In this document: positions 39,183 to 52,710 of the stretch, one piece after another
Layout of the letters: every line of letters starts with the position of its first letter
Numbering within the stretch: the stretch's first letter is position 1
Origin: Octopus vulgaris
Lineage: Eukaryota
Direction of reading: 5' to 3'
Assembly: GCA_951406725.2 (NCBI GenBank)
Contig: OX597820.1
Span: forward strand, 16,368,001 to 16,432,000
DNA: 64,000 nucleotides
Position numbers and translations under genes: made by a program
The notes under the pieces: model-generated
What the model was told of the DNA's origin: nothing
What the model saw: the letters and a program-made list of their open reading frames with translations, nothing else
The model's database searches: none

Positions 39183-39637
39183 TACTGTCAAATTCCGCCG
39201 AGGTCGACTTTGCCTTTCATCCTTACGGGGTCGATTAAATAAGTACCAGTTACGCACTGGGGTTGATATAATCGACTTAATCCGTTTGTCTGTCCCTGTT
39301 TGTCCTCACTATCTTTAGCCCCTTGTGGGTAGTAAAGAAATAGGTATTTCGTCTGCCGCTACGTTTTGAGTTCAAATTCCGCCAAGGCCGACTTTGCCTT
39401 TCATCCTTTCGGGATCGATTAAATAAGTACCAGTTACGCACTGGGTGCGATATAATCGACTAAAACCGTTTGTCCCCTCTGTGTTTAGCCCCTTATGGTC
39501 GACTTTAACTTTCATCCTCTCGGAGTCGATAAATTAAGTACCAGTTACGCACTGGGGTCGATGTAATCGACTTAATCCCATTGTCTGTCCTTGTTTGTCC
39601 TCTCTGTGTTTAGCTCCTTGTGGGCAATAAAGAAATA
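39183..39637 (+). mobile_element. 5'-truncated SINE-B multimer with 18-bp TSD
   Basis: AGTACAACTTTCATGTTT at 39165-39182 and 39638-39655; an uninterrupted paralogous site lies at 41089-41106. Confidence 0.88.
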
Positions 39638-40097
39638 AGTACAACTTTCATGTTTGGTGGCTGGTTGTACCATTTTCAAAAAAAAAAAAGCAAACTCCTT
39701 TCTATCCTATCTACAAGTTCTTCATTCTTTGCAACTATATTTTATCACTACACTGTTATGGAACCTAATCGACTCCTTTCTATTATTTTTTTCTTCTTTA
39801 CGCCAATCCTCGTTATATTAGTAAGAAGTGCCTTGAGTTAAAATTTTCTCAGTTCCGTTATCCGATTCCTGCTGACTCCTCTTACTTAGAAATTACAGAA
39901 GCTATGTCTGTGTCTATAAGTTCAGCATAATTTCCTCGTACATAGCGTACGAATGGATTATGCATAGACAACAGTTTCGAACTCCGAGATTAAGCCGTAT
40001 CCGCTCCTTTAATTAAAACATTAAGTATAGTTTAGCTGATCTACTACGGTTGCTTTCCGTTCACTACAACGTAGCTGGATTAACTAATTGATATGTC

Positions 40098-40997
40098 AAA
40101 CAATTATGATTATCATAATTCCCACCGAAACCGCGTCGGTGGGAATTGTGTCACCGGCGGAGGAAACTGTGGGCCCTTCCTATGCATCGGATGAGGACGC
40201 TTGTTGCCCTCATTAATCATCATTTTCATTTTTCATTTCATATAACATTATGTCTATGTCCAGCCCGCAGCTTCCTTTCTCTATGTAAGGCTTTTATGGC
40301 CAATATAATGAAATAAAGAAACTTGCTTCCCAACCACATGACTCCGGGTTCAGCCTCCCTGCATGGCACCTTGGGCAAATGTCTTCTACTATAGCCTCAG
40401 TCCGACCAAAGCCTTGTGAGTGGATGTGGTAGGCGGAAACTGAAAGAAGCCTGTCGTAATACATACATATATATATGCGTGTGTGTGTTTGTGTTTGCCC
40501 CCTCCACCTTTTGACAACCAGTGTTGGGGTGCTTATGTCCCCGTAACTTAGCGGTTCAGCCTAAGATATCGATAGTACCAGGCTTAAAGCAAAAAGTACT
40601 GGGATCGATACATTTGACTATTAATTCTTCATGGCGGTGCTCCAGCATGGCCGCAGTCTAATGACTGAAACAAGTAAAAGATAAGAAATATGTAATAGAA
40701 GGCGCGTGGCTTAGTGGTCAGGGTAATCGGCTCACGGTCTTAAGGTTGTGAGTTCAATTCCCGGCGACGCGTTGTGTCCTTGAGTAAAACACTTTATTTT
40801 CACGTTGCTCCAGTCCACTCAGCTGGCAAAAATTAGTAATACCCGTATTTCAAAGGGCCAGCCTTGTCACACTGAATCTACGTTAAGGGTACACGTGTCT
40901 GTAGAATGTTCAACCACATGCACGTTAATTTCACGAGCAGGCTGTTCCTTTGAATGGGTCAACTAGAACCCTCGTCGTCATAACCGTCGGAGTGCCA
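40098..40997 (+). mobile_element. LINE-like 3' end (40098-40317) fused to headless SINE-A (40318-40685), then SINE-D (40699-40997)
   Basis: Shares TGTCCAGCCCGCA..ATGAAATAAAG with the 3' UTR of the 14590 element and joins SINE-A at the same head position. Confidence 0.75.
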
Positions 40998-41805
40998 TGA
41001 TACGTAATAGACTTATACAACCAAGCCTTCTTGCTGCCGTCTCTTGGGAAGATTTTCACTATTATTGTCTCAAGTTCTTGGCTCCGACAGTACAACTTTC
41101 ATGTTTGGTGGTTGGCTGTACCATTTTCAATAAAAAAAAAAGCAAACTCTTTTATATCCTATCTACAAGTTCTATCCAGTATCTCTATATACATCCAGAG
41201 TGCATCAAAAATGCCATTCCAGTCCTCTGTTAATATGAGTGAATAGAATATTTCTGCTAATACCTCGAAATGTTTGAAGGAGTCTGACTATTCAGCTATT
41301 TTCTCACCTTTAATTACCATTGTCAATAAAGACATGAAAACCTATCTTTCAAGATGCATCCTATGGATGCTATGAGATGCATCACCTGTAATGTTTCTTG
41401 GGTATCAGGTAATCTCGGGTCTTTTAACATCAGACCTTCCTCACTCGGTTAACTCAGACGGGATTAATCAAACCCTAGCTTGCATCCTAGTAACAACAAA
41501 CAACTAGTCCGCCCTCAGTATCCAATACCATTTGTGGTCTTCTATGCAGCATCAGTTATGGAATTTATGAACCTCATCTTTACTACACTAGTAAGACCCA
41601 GCCCAATCAGAGCTTTCAGAGTTTACGCGCCACAAAACCCCGGTAGCCCACTTCAATTGCCTCACAACGTGTCTACCTGCCCTATTTCTGGGTTACTCTA
41701 CCAGCTCCTTGTATACTGATTTGAGGGCCCACTTCAATTGCCTGGCAACGTGCCTACCTGCCCTATTTCTAGATTACTTTATCAGCTCCTGGTATACTGA
41801 TTTGA

Positions 41806-42033
41806 GGGCGGCGGGATGGCAGAAATGTTAGCACGCCGGGCGAAATGCTTAGCAGTATTTCGTCTGCCGCTACGTTCTGATGTCAAATTCCACCGAGGTC
41901 GACTTTGCCTTTGATCCTTTCGGGGTCGATTAAATAAGTACCAGTTAAGCATTGGGGTCGATATAATCGACTTAATCCGTTTGTCTTTGTTTGTCCCCTC
42001 TGTGTTTAGCCCCTCGTGGGTAATAAAGAAATA
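41806..42033 (+). mobile_element. SINE-B monomer with 14-bp TSD
   Basis: GGTATACTGATTTG at 41791-41804 and 42034-42047. Confidence 0.9.
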
Positions 42034-42756
42034 GGTATACTGATTTGTGGTTTGTTTTTCTCCTCTTCTCAAGTCCTCGTATCTACCACCTTTCCTACAT
42101 CCGTAACAATTTTCTTTCTCCGATATTTCTCGTAAATTATTCAGCCGCTATTCAATAAATAATTCCATCAGTTAAACAGCAGCAATTAAAATCGCTAACC
42201 TCATCCACTCCCTCTCATTTACTTAATACACATCACCGAGGCAAAATCTCTTTAATGTAAATAAATTAAACAGTATCAAAATATTTTATTTAACAAAAAT
42301 CTCTTCATTTTCATTACAGATTCTGAAGATTTACTGATACACTTTTATCTCCTTCATTAGACGGTCCTCATTATGCTTCACAGGATATGCATCGCATGAT
42401 CGATCTGCTGTATTAAGAGCAACAGATTTCGTTCCATCAATCAATCGACTGATATATCTTCTATGGTACTCATTAGAAGAAATAAAAACCTCCCACCTGT
42501 TCGTGAAATCACTGATCCATATCTAGTTTGGTAACATTCATGTACTCTAACGTTTGACCAAATAACGCATCAGGTATACTTCTCATTACTTTTTTGTTCC
42601 TTTTTAACCTGCTCTTTCTTTTCGTTTTCCTTTTCTTTCGTTATAAGCATATTTCCATTGGAAATGCTCAAGCGACTACTTTTCATTCTTGATTTGAGCT
42701 ATTTATCAAACGACGATTTTTCAGCTTCGGTCTCTCAGATATATAACCTTTTACAT

Positions 42757-42802
<46 letters not shown>

Positions 42803-42803
<1 letters not shown>

Positions 42804-43840
42804 TCTTTTACTTGTTTCAGTCATTTGACTGCGGCCATGCTGGAGCACCGCCTTTAGTCGAGCAAATCGACCCCGGGACTTATTCTTTGTAAGCCCAGTA
42901 CTTATTCTATCAGTCTCTTTTGCCGAACCGCTAAGTGATGGGGATGGAAACACACCAGCATCGGTTGTCAAGCAATGCTAGGGGGACAAACACAGACACA
43001 CAAACACACACACATACATACATATATATACATATATACGACAGGCTTCTTTCAGCTTCCGTCTACCAAATCCACTCACAAGGCATTGGTCGGCCTGGGG
43101 CTATAGCAGAAGACACTTGCCCAAGATGCCACGCAGTGGGACTGAACCCGGAACCATGTGGTTGTTTAGCAAGCTACTTACCACACAGCCACTCCTGCGC
43201 CTATATATATATATTTCTTTACTGCTCACAAGGGGCTAAACATAGAGGGGATAAACAAGGACAGACGAAGGGATATTGAGTCGATTATATCGCCCCCAGT
43301 GCGAAACTGGTACTTTATTTATCAACCCAGAAAGGATGAAAGGCAAAGTTGACCTCGGCGGAATTTGAACTCAGAACGTAACGACAGACGAAATACCGCT
43401 AAGCATTTCGCCCGGCGTGCTAACGTGTCTGCCAGCTCGCCGCAGGCGCAGCAGTGACTATGTGGTAAGTTAGCTTGCTTCCCAACCACAGTTCCGGGTT
43501 CAGTCCCACTGCGTGGGCATCTTGGGCAAGTGTCTTCTGCTATAGCCTCGGGCCGACTAAAGCCTTGTGAGTGGATTTGGTAAACGGAAACTGAAGAAGC
43601 CCGTCGTTTGTATATATGTGTGTGTGTATGTGTGTGTGTTTGTGTCTCTGTTTGTCTCCCTCTACCATCCCTTGCCAACCGATGCTGGTGTGTTTACGTC
43701 ACCATAACTTAGCGGTTCAGCAAAGAGATTGATAAGTACTAGGCTTACAAAGAATAAGTCCTGGGGTCAATTTGCTCGACTAAAGGCGGTGTTCCAGCAT
43801 GGCCGCAATCAAATGACTGAAACAAATAAGAGAATAAAAG
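42803..43840. mobile_element. Divergent SINE-A pair (minus 42803-43203, plus 43444-43840) around a minus-strand SINE-B
   Basis: Two near-complete inverted copies about 240 bp apart. Confidence 0.88.
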
Positions 43841-44236
43841 AATATATATATACATATATATGTGCGTGTGCCTCTCTCTCTCATTGCTCTCTCTCTCTCT
43901 CTCTCTCTCACTCTCTCTCTCTCACTCTCTCTCTCTGAGCGTCTGGAAAAATGATTTGCAGTATTTGTTCCGGCCCTTTACGTTGTGAGTTCAAAAATCA
44001 CCGAGGCTGGGCCTCACCTGTCATTCTTTTGAGGTCGATAAAATAAATTACAAGTCGAGTACTGAGATCGATGATATCGATTAGCACTCTCCCCTAAAAA
44101 CTGCTGGCTTAGGACTAAATCGGAAACCATCATAATTGTTGTTGTTGTTCTTGTTCTTGTTTAACACAACAACTTCGCAGGTGAAAGTAACAAGGTGTCA
44201 CCTGTCCACAATCATTTGACTAAGGTAACACTCTTC

Positions 44237-44870
44237 GTCTAGATTTCGAGAACTCTGCGGGGATGTTGTGCAATTCCAAGCAACACTGTTTTCTGTGTGT
44301 GCTCTATCTTTGCATTTAATCGTATCTTTTCAATCCAGTTTGTCAGCTTGATCCTTACAAATCCCAATGCTCCAACAACAGCAGGTAAAATACTCACCTT
44401 GTTTCAATAACCACAGTTTTATTATCTCCCATTTCCATTATACCTGACCTGCAGTTTCTCTTCTTTTTCCGATAATCTGTAATCACCCGAGTATGCAATA
44501 TCTATCATTAAACAGGCTTTTTTTTTCTTGTTGTTCACAACCACTACATCCGGCTTTCGATTTCACAATCTCATTGGATAATACATCCTTACCTTGTGCT
44601 CATATCACGTTTTTGCTCTATCCAATCCATATTTGCCACACAGCTTCCAATGAATCGTTCTTACAATATTATCGTTTCACTTTTTAAGCTAGCTTCGTGC
44701 ACTCATTCACAATGTGTTGTACAGTAACACCGCATAACCTGCACTTGTCATTTTCTGCTGCCTTGTCAATCTTGCATTTTGGTGTAATCTGTCCTAAATG
44801 CATGTACACTTTGTATTCAAAAATCTCGCCTCAACCACCTTCATAGTGAAGTAGATACTTCCAAATTGAG
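44237..44870 (-). mobile_element. Decayed R4-like REL retrotransposon 3' fragment
   Basis: Minus strand ENDKCRLCGVTVQHIVNECTKLA and ILPAVVGALG..QKTVLLGIAQHPRRVLEI*. Confidence 0.75.
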
Positions 44871-44965
44871 CAAGAGAATCCAAATATAATTCCGAAATCA
44901 CAAGTTTTCGTCTTGGAAAAGAACTGTCAGAGGACACACATAAAATGCTCTACAGATAGCCTTAA

Positions 44966-45379
44966 GGCAGTGAGCTGGCAGAAACGTTAGCACGCCGGGC
45001 GAAATGCTTAGCGGTATTTCGTCTGCGTTACGTTGTGAGTTCAAATTCCGCCGAGGTCGACTTTGCCTTTCATCCTTTCGGCGTCGATAAATTAAGTACC
45101 AGTTACGCACTGGGGTCGATATAATCAACTTAATCCGTTTGTCAGTCCTTGTTTGTCCACTCTGTGTTTAGCCCCTTGTGGGCAATAAAGAAATAGGTAT
45201 TTCGTCTGCCGTTACGTTCTGAGTTCAAATTCCGCCGAGGTCGACTTTGCCTTTCATCCTTTCGGGGTCGATAAATTAAGTACCAGTTACGCACTGGGGT
45301 CGATGTAATCGACTTAATCCGTTTGTCTGTCCTTGTTTTTCCCCTCTATGTTTAGCCCCTTGTAGGCAATAAAGAAATA
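44966..45379 (+). mobile_element. SINE-B dimer with 24-bp TSD
   Basis: AAAATGCTCTACAGATA(G/A)CCTTAA at 44942-44965 and 45380-45403. Confidence 0.92.
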
Positions 45380-45895
45380 AAAATGCTCTACAGATAACCT
45401 TAAAAGTAATGGGAACTACCTCCAGACCATCCACTGAAGGATATTGTGATAAATTAGTACATAGTTCAAGCTACTGTATTATGCTAGTGCATGGCTACAT
45501 AAAGTTTTCATTTTGCACAGTAGCGTAGAAAGACCGTTCGTTATATTAGTACGGTGACATAAATACTCTAAACTCTTCAACCTATACCTTAATGACTTTC
45601 AAAATCAGTCATTCTTCATCTTAAATAACTAATTAATACGCTCTTTTCAGTATATCTCTCGTCTTTTATGCATCATAAATGATCATTCTTAAAACTTTCT
45701 AAGAATTTTCTGGGTTTTTTTGTTTTCTCGTTGATGCCTGTTAAATATTAATAAAGCATAAGTACTTTTGGTGTTCATACACGCGGTGTGTTCTGGTGGC
45801 CGATTTTTGGAGGGAAGACAATCATATCTAGATCAATTTTGGCGGGATTTGAAGTTTGAATTTGAAATCATAGATTAATGAAAAAGTCGAGAAGA

Positions 45896-46119
45896 GTTAT
45901 GTCATACTGATGATTTCAAATAAAGATGAAATGACATAGATGCTTACCTACGACTAGAAATTTTAAGGCATTTCTAGTGTGTAAGAAGAAAGGAATATTA
46001 AATATATATATATTTAATATTCCTTTCTTCTTACACACTAGAAATGCCTTAAAATTTCTAGTCGTAGGTAAGCATCTATGTCATTTCGTCCTTATTTGAA
46101 ATCATCAGTATGACATAAC
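45896..46119. repeat. 224-bp near-perfect palindrome centred on (TA)n
   Basis: GTTATGTCATACTGATGATTTC.. and ..GAAATCATCAGTATGACATAAC; about two mismatches and no spacer. Confidence 0.95.
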
Positions 46120-46351
46120 CGGAGGCAATTAGATTACACTAAATTAAACATTTTACGAAGTTAGTTCTTAAAGAGAGAAAATGGTGGTAGTTGGTACGTA
46201 TGTTTGTCAATACCCCTGTACACTTTAGTTATCTTGTATGGTTCTTCTATCCCATTTAGCTTTATACCACACTAAGCTATAGCTTTAAAACCAGATCTTG
46301 TTTTACGCAGCTAGCACCATCAATAGCTTGTTAGAAGCGGGCTTTTTGTAA

Positions 46352-46800
46352 TTGACTTGACTTGACAGCATTCACCCGGGGTGGGTTGAGCTGGCTTCAT
46401 TCATCCTCAATTTAATGCTGCATCTCTCACAAACGCCGACCAGGCCTGGCGATTTGAGGCTAACGACCGCGTGATCTTCAACCACTCCTTATTCCAGCGG
46501 CGAACGCCGTAGATATGGGAACCTAAGTTGGGTTCCAGATCAGCCTTGACTGTCATCAGCCAGGTTTTTCGTTGTCCACCACATCACTTTCGCCAACCCT
46601 GAAGGGGAGCTGGGGAAATTGCTTCGTAGATGAATTCTCCTGGTTGACGCCAAAGGGCATGACCCAGCCAACGCAGACGTCTCGTTAGGATGACTTGTCA
46701 GAGGGAGGTGATTTTGCACTGGTGTCGCACCGAATTGTTGGAGACAATGTGATGCCATCGGACACGAAGGATGCGGCGTAGACAGAGGTGATCGAAGGAT
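46352..46800 (-). mobile_element. RTE-clade LINE 3' end
   Basis: FDHLCLRRILRVRW..RRLRWLGHAL..GGQRKTWLMTVKADLE..LASNRQAWSAFVRDA with two stops; the tail is (TCAAG)n. Confidence 0.9.
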
Positions 46801-47358
46801 TCTTGTCGCTTAATATCTTTTCTTAATAAGTATATATTCATGGCTTGATACCATTTACACTGGTGACAAAGACTTAAACATGTCTGGAGGTGTCTTTAAG
46901 CAAAGATCAAATTCACTTTACTGCATTCTCCTTGCTATTCAGTTCTTAATCAATTAGAATTTAACAGTTTACTCGCTTGCCTTTCTTGAAAACAATTATC
47001 ACTGACGCTTATGATTCTTCTCTTCATTACGGCTCTACTTTTAATTGCTGTTTTTGTTTTTCTTTTGCTTACGACGTTATGTTTGCTCTCTCACCGCTTA
47101 ACGATCTTCTTAACTATAAGATATCAAAGAGAGAGAGAGAGAGATCGTTACCACAGATTCGTTCTTAAACATTTAATTAGTCTTTGTGTCTAGTCAAAAC
47201 AAAAAAGAAGACGAAAGCAATACTAACCCTTTGCTTGTCCTGCGTATCACATATGATACACAGGACATATTTCCCTGGCATCCATACATGTACAATAGTC
47301 ATTACAAATTTCTTTCAACTTCGAGAGTAACTTAGGACTATGAAAAGATAACTTTATA

Positions 47359-47933
47359 TTGGGTTGTCCGGAAAGTTCGTGCCGATTTATAGTAGCTTAC
47401 ATTTCGACTTATTTTAGAACATGTTTGAGTCCATAAAATAGGATTTGACTGCACCTCCATCCAGAGCACAGTTTAAGCTATTTTTTCGTGGAAGAAGGTT
47501 TATGTTCCTATAACCTGTGTTAATTCTGTAACCCTTTAAAATGGAAGATAAGAAAGTTCATTTTCGGCACTTGATGCTTTTCATTTTCTGTAAAGGGAAA
47601 AATACCTCACAAGCAACCAAAGAAATATGCGCAGTTTACGGTGATATTTCTTTATCCGAAAGAATTGTATGGAAGTGGTTCGCAAGGTTCCGAGCTGGAG
47701 ATTGTATCCTTATTGATAAAGAGCGATCAAGCAGACCATCCACTACAGATGATGACCAAATCAAGTCATTAATTGAGAATAAACCCACATTGCACAACCC
47801 GAGAATTGGCAGAAAGCCTCAACCTATCAAAATCCGTCGTTCATGAGCACCTTGTAAAGCTTGGGTAAGGCCAAGTATTTATTGACCTTTTTCTTTCCTT
47901 TAAAAATCGGCACGAACTTTCCGGACAACCCAA
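47359..47933 (+). mobile_element. Internally deleted mariner retaining the transposase N-terminus
   Basis: TIRs TTGGGTTGTCCGGAAAGTTCGTGCCGATTT, TA TSD on both sides; ORF 47541-47846 MEDKKVHFRHLML..WFARFRAGD..ERSSRP. Confidence 0.95.
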
Positions 47934-48337
47934 TATTATTCAGAACATATAAAAAAAACAAAGCTAACTAATAGTCTGAAAACAGGTATGGATATTTAGG
48001 ATAGACTTATGAAAATGGTTTGGGCAGAAAACGGACAGGTATGATAGCTTATTCGCCACTTAAACGTGTTCTTGACTATAAAATATAAAAGAGACTGAAT
48101 TGTCCAACGGATTCGTTTTTATTCATTTAATGAGTCCTTGTAACGAGGTAGAAGAAACATCAGTATTAATAGTTAATACATAATATTGTTGTGATATATT
48201 ATAAATAGTCTGTGGTACTGATTTCTTATTCTGTTTCCTTTTCTCTTTCTTTTGTATTTGTATGAGACCACATATTTGTAAGGGAGTGTGATTATCAACT
48301 CTGTTTTTCTCATTCTATTATTAAGACATTTAAAGAA

Positions 48338-49382
48338 GGCGGCGAACTGGCAGAACTGTTAGCACGTCGGGCGAAATGCCTAGCAATATATCGTCTGCCT
48401 TTATGTTCTGAGTTCAAATTCCGCCGAGGTCAACTTTGACTTTCATCCTTTCGGGGTCGATTAAATAAGTACCAGTTACGCACTGGGGTCGATATAATCG
48501 ACTTAATTCGTTTGTCTGTCCTTGTTTGTCCTCTCTGTGTTTAGCCCCTTGTGGGTAGTAAAGAAATAAGTATTTCGTCTGCCGCTACGTTCTGAGTTCA
48601 AATTCCGCCGAGGTCAACTTTGACTTTCATCCTTTCGGGGTCGATAAATTAAGTACCAGTTACGCACTGGAGTCAATGTAATCGTCTTAATACCTTTGTC
48701 TGTCCTTGTTCGTCTCCTCTATGTTTAGCCCATTGTGGGTAGTAAAGAGATAAGAATCGTTAGCACGCCGGGCGAAATGCTTAGCAGTATTTCGTCTGCC
48801 GCTACGTTCTGAGTTCAAATTCCGCCGGGGTCGACTTTACCTTTCATCCTTTCAGTACCAGTTACGCACTGGGGTCGATGAAATCGACTAGCCCGCTCCC
48901 GCCAAATTTCAGGCCTTGTGCCTATAGCAGAAAGGATTATTGCGAAATTTTAAAAAAAGCGGTGAACTGGCATAATCGTTAGCACGCCAGGCAAAACGCC
49001 TAGCGACATTACGTCCGTTCTGAGTTCAAATTCCACCGAGGTCGATTTTTGCTTTTCATCTTTCCGGGGTCGATAAATTAAGTACCAATCGAGTACTGGG
49101 GTCAATGTAATCGACTATCCTCCTCCTCATAAATTTCAGCCTTGTGCTTATAACAGCAAGGAGGATTACGACATTTAAAGGCGGTCAGATGGCTGACCCG
49201 TTAGCGTACCTAACAAAATGTTTAGCAGTATTTCTCCAAGCTTTACGTTCTGAGTTCAAATACCTGTCGAGACTAAATTTGCCTTTCTTCTTTTCGCTGG
49301 CAATAAAATAAAAACTACCAATCGACTGGCCCCCATTTCATAAAATTTCACGCCTTGCACCTATATAACAGAAAGACTTATT
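48338..49382 (+). mobile_element. SINE-B array (tail-1 units nested in tail-2 copies, then older copies)
   Basis: At least five repeats of GAGTTCAAAT..TTTCATC, increasingly diverged towards the 3' end. Confidence 0.88.
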
Positions 49383-49950
49383 ATGACATTTATGGCCCAT
49401 AATCGACATTGCTGTAAAACTATATTCTAAACGATATCAAATTGCAAAACTTCTGTTTTATACTGTACTACTGAAAATTATTAGCATGTGGTGTTGGCTT
49501 TTATACACGTTTGGATCTACTAAACTTGTGCCAACATGGCTGAAGCTTAAACGACTTTGGTCATTGAGTGCTTAGCCTTGGTAATCTTATGAATTATATT
49601 GCTATAACGGGTTAATGTGCCATATCGCTGTGGTGATTTAATATCGAGTATTAACACCACTTATGTTGTCATAGGTGTATGCGCGTGTATGTGTTGTGTG
49701 TGTTTGCTCGTCTTATTGTATGTATGTAGTAATGTATATATATATATATTTATGTGTGTGTGTGTAAAATTGTATACGTATGACTCGGACGTGTGTGAAT
49801 ATAGGTGCGTGTTCGTGAGCATTGATTTTCGCATTTGGACTAGTTTAATGAGAAACCTGTTCCCGTACCTTAGTCTACATATTCAGGAATATAAATGTGT
49901 GTATGCACTTTTGTATATTCTTGTTCACATACATACATACATACATACAT

Positions 49951-50368
49951 AGTCGCAGGAGTGGCTGTGTGGTAAGTAGCTTGCTTACCAACCACATGGT
50001 TCCGGGTTCAGTCCCACTACGTGGGCACCTTGGGCAAGTGTCTTCTACTATAGCCTCGTGCCGACCAAAGCCTCGTGAGTGGATTTGGTAGACGGAAATT
50101 GAAAGAAGCCCGTCGTATATATGTATATATATATATGTGTGTGTATGTATATGTTTGTGTCTGTGATTGTCCCTCCAACATCACTTGACAACCGACGGTG
50201 GTGTGTTTATGTTCCCTTAACTTAGCGGTTCGGCAAAAGAGACCGATAGAATAAGTACTAGGCTTACAAAGAATAAGTCGTGGGGTCGATTTGCTCGACT
50301 AAAGGCGGTGCTCCAGCATGGCCACAGTCAAATGACTGAAACAAGTAAAAGAGTAAAAGAGTAAAAAG
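49951..50368 (+). mobile_element. SINE family A (older 3' half follows at about 50420-50635)
   Basis: Complete head, body and tail. Confidence 0.9.
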
Positions 50369-50399
<31 letters not shown>

Positions 50400-51196
50400 C
50401 TTGCATACATATACATGCATGTGTGTGTTTGTGTGTGTATTAGATATCTTTATATTTGTGTTTGTCAATCCCACCGCTTGCCAAAATTCCCGTAACTTAG
50501 CGGTTCGGTAAAAGAAGGGCGATAGAATAAGTACCAGAAAAATTTTTAAATACGTGCAAGGATCGATTTGTTCGACTAGAAACCCTTCTAGGCGGTGTTC
50601 CAGCTTGGCTACAATTCAATGACTGAAACAAGATAAATGGTGAAATACATTCGAACCCCTACAAAATACCATGATTGTCTCATCGGAAGAAAACTCTTCT
50701 TGGTTATCGGTTCTCAATTGTGATTATAATTACTTCTCTGCCTACTTATGTTGCTAAATATTAATGCAAAACTTGAAACGTTGGAGTTCTTGGACAAAGG
50801 GAAAAACTCAGAAGAAAAATATAGACAAGTGGTTCTAAAATGCCATTGTTTCCTAACTACAAAAGAGGTTCTTATAATTCTTCAGTAAAATAAATTCAGG
50901 AATACACACGAAGTGAAGTGTAAGTGTATATAAGTTCAAAGACATACATACATACATACTTACATACATACATATGTGAGATATGCAAGAATATATATGA
51001 GAAGACATACATAATACAAAACATACAAATTTGTACGCTTACATATATACATACAAAAATACCCTGTTGTTGATGTTGAAATTTCAATGAGAGAGCCTTG
51101 GATCTAGGATAGAAACCGGGTCTTTATTAGCAAGAAATCTTAAAATTAAACTGAATAATGACATACATACAAACATATATACATACATACATACAC

Positions 51197-51356
51197 ACCA
51201 TGATAGATCGTTAGCCACTACACACATTTTTTTTCTCTCCTTGTTTTTTTCTGTGTAGCTCGAAGCCTAAAAGACTTTTTTCTATTCCAGAGCGTTATAC
51301 TAATACATCTGTTTGTTTTGTACACCACCTGTCTTCGTCTTTTGTTTTTTCGCAAA

Positions 51357-51403
<47 letters not shown>

Positions 51404-51564
51404 CCATGATAGATCGCTAGCTTCTAATTCTTTATCTTCCCTCCTTGTTTCTTTCTATGTTCTTTTCTGTGGAAGAGAGTAGGCTCGAAACGTTAAAGAC
51501 TTTTTCGCTTCCCGAGCGTTAAACTAATACATCTATTTATTGTCTTCGTCTTTTTTTTTTATTC

Positions 51565-51570
<6 letters not shown>
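51197..51570 (+). mobile_element. Two tandem Penelope-type pLTR fragments in (TA)n; the second has a variant hammerhead (51463-51498)
   Basis: Both begin CCATGATAGATCG. The second reads UUUU-CUGUGGA-A-GAGA-guag-GCUC-GAAA-CG-UU-AAAG; the first has lost the core by deletion. Confidence 0.65.
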
Positions 51571-51635
<65 letters not shown>

Positions 51636-51641
51636 TATATT

Positions 51642-51741
51642 TTAGTTAATTTCAATGAGGAAAATTGACTTGTAAAACGAGTCAATCGTAAGACGAGCTC
51701 TGTCATAGAACAAATTAAACTCGTACTACGAGGTATCACTG
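51642..51741. mobile_element. Terminal fragment of a Tigger-like MITE
   Basis: Ends ..AAACTCGTACTACGAGGTATCACTG-TA. Confidence 0.45.
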
Positions 51742-52639
51742 TATATTGATATTCCGATAGAAACACAGAGCTTAATATGGCTTCCAAATTGCACAGAAAC
51801 ATTTGTCTTCATATATGAATGTATCTACATATGCATGTACGAATGTGTGTGTGTATGTATATGTTTTATGTGTATGTATATATGTAAGCGTGTGTGTATG
51901 TGTGTGTGTGTGCGTGTGTATTTATGCATATACATGCACATGTGCACGCATTTACACTCGTGTACACACACATACACACACACATATAAAGACACAAACG
52001 CACACACACACACATACATATATACACGTACACGTATATACATATATACACGCACCTATTTATAGAGACACACATTGTGATACAAACCAATACACACTTA
52101 TATATGCATTCAGTCACATACACTCATACACAGACGTCTACACACACAGACACACACACATACACACACACACATACACACACACACATACACACACACA
52201 CACACAGTAATAGTCAATAGCGCGTACTTAGAAATATATTATGAATAAGAACATTCGCATTAAGTGAACTCTCCGCTTTAGCTAATGATTTCTTACTTCC
52301 GGTTTTGGTTCTCGTATCTAAACAGTTGGTCGTTTGGTTAAATGTATTGTTCATTCTGTTTCTGGATTTCAACCAAACCTGAAGAACAAAACCAGTTTCC
52401 TTCTCGTTATAACAACTCAGATAAAACAAATGTTTCCAAATATAAATTGAAAATTATCTTCCCTTTCTTTAGGGAAAAAAAATATGTCTCATCACTTAAG
52501 ATTACTTCCTGAAAATGTCGTGTTTTATTTACATCAGTCAGAGATTTCTGTAGGTCCTGTAATGGTCCATATATCTGCCATTGATTTGCGAAGACCTGAG
52601 CAAGGTTCTTTTGTGAAAGACTAAAAGTTGCCCATGCAT

Positions 52640-52710
<71 letters not shown>

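Noticed and set aside
46540-46758. 72-aa ORF as a host exon
   Set aside because: It is an alternative frame of the RTE LINE C-terminus.
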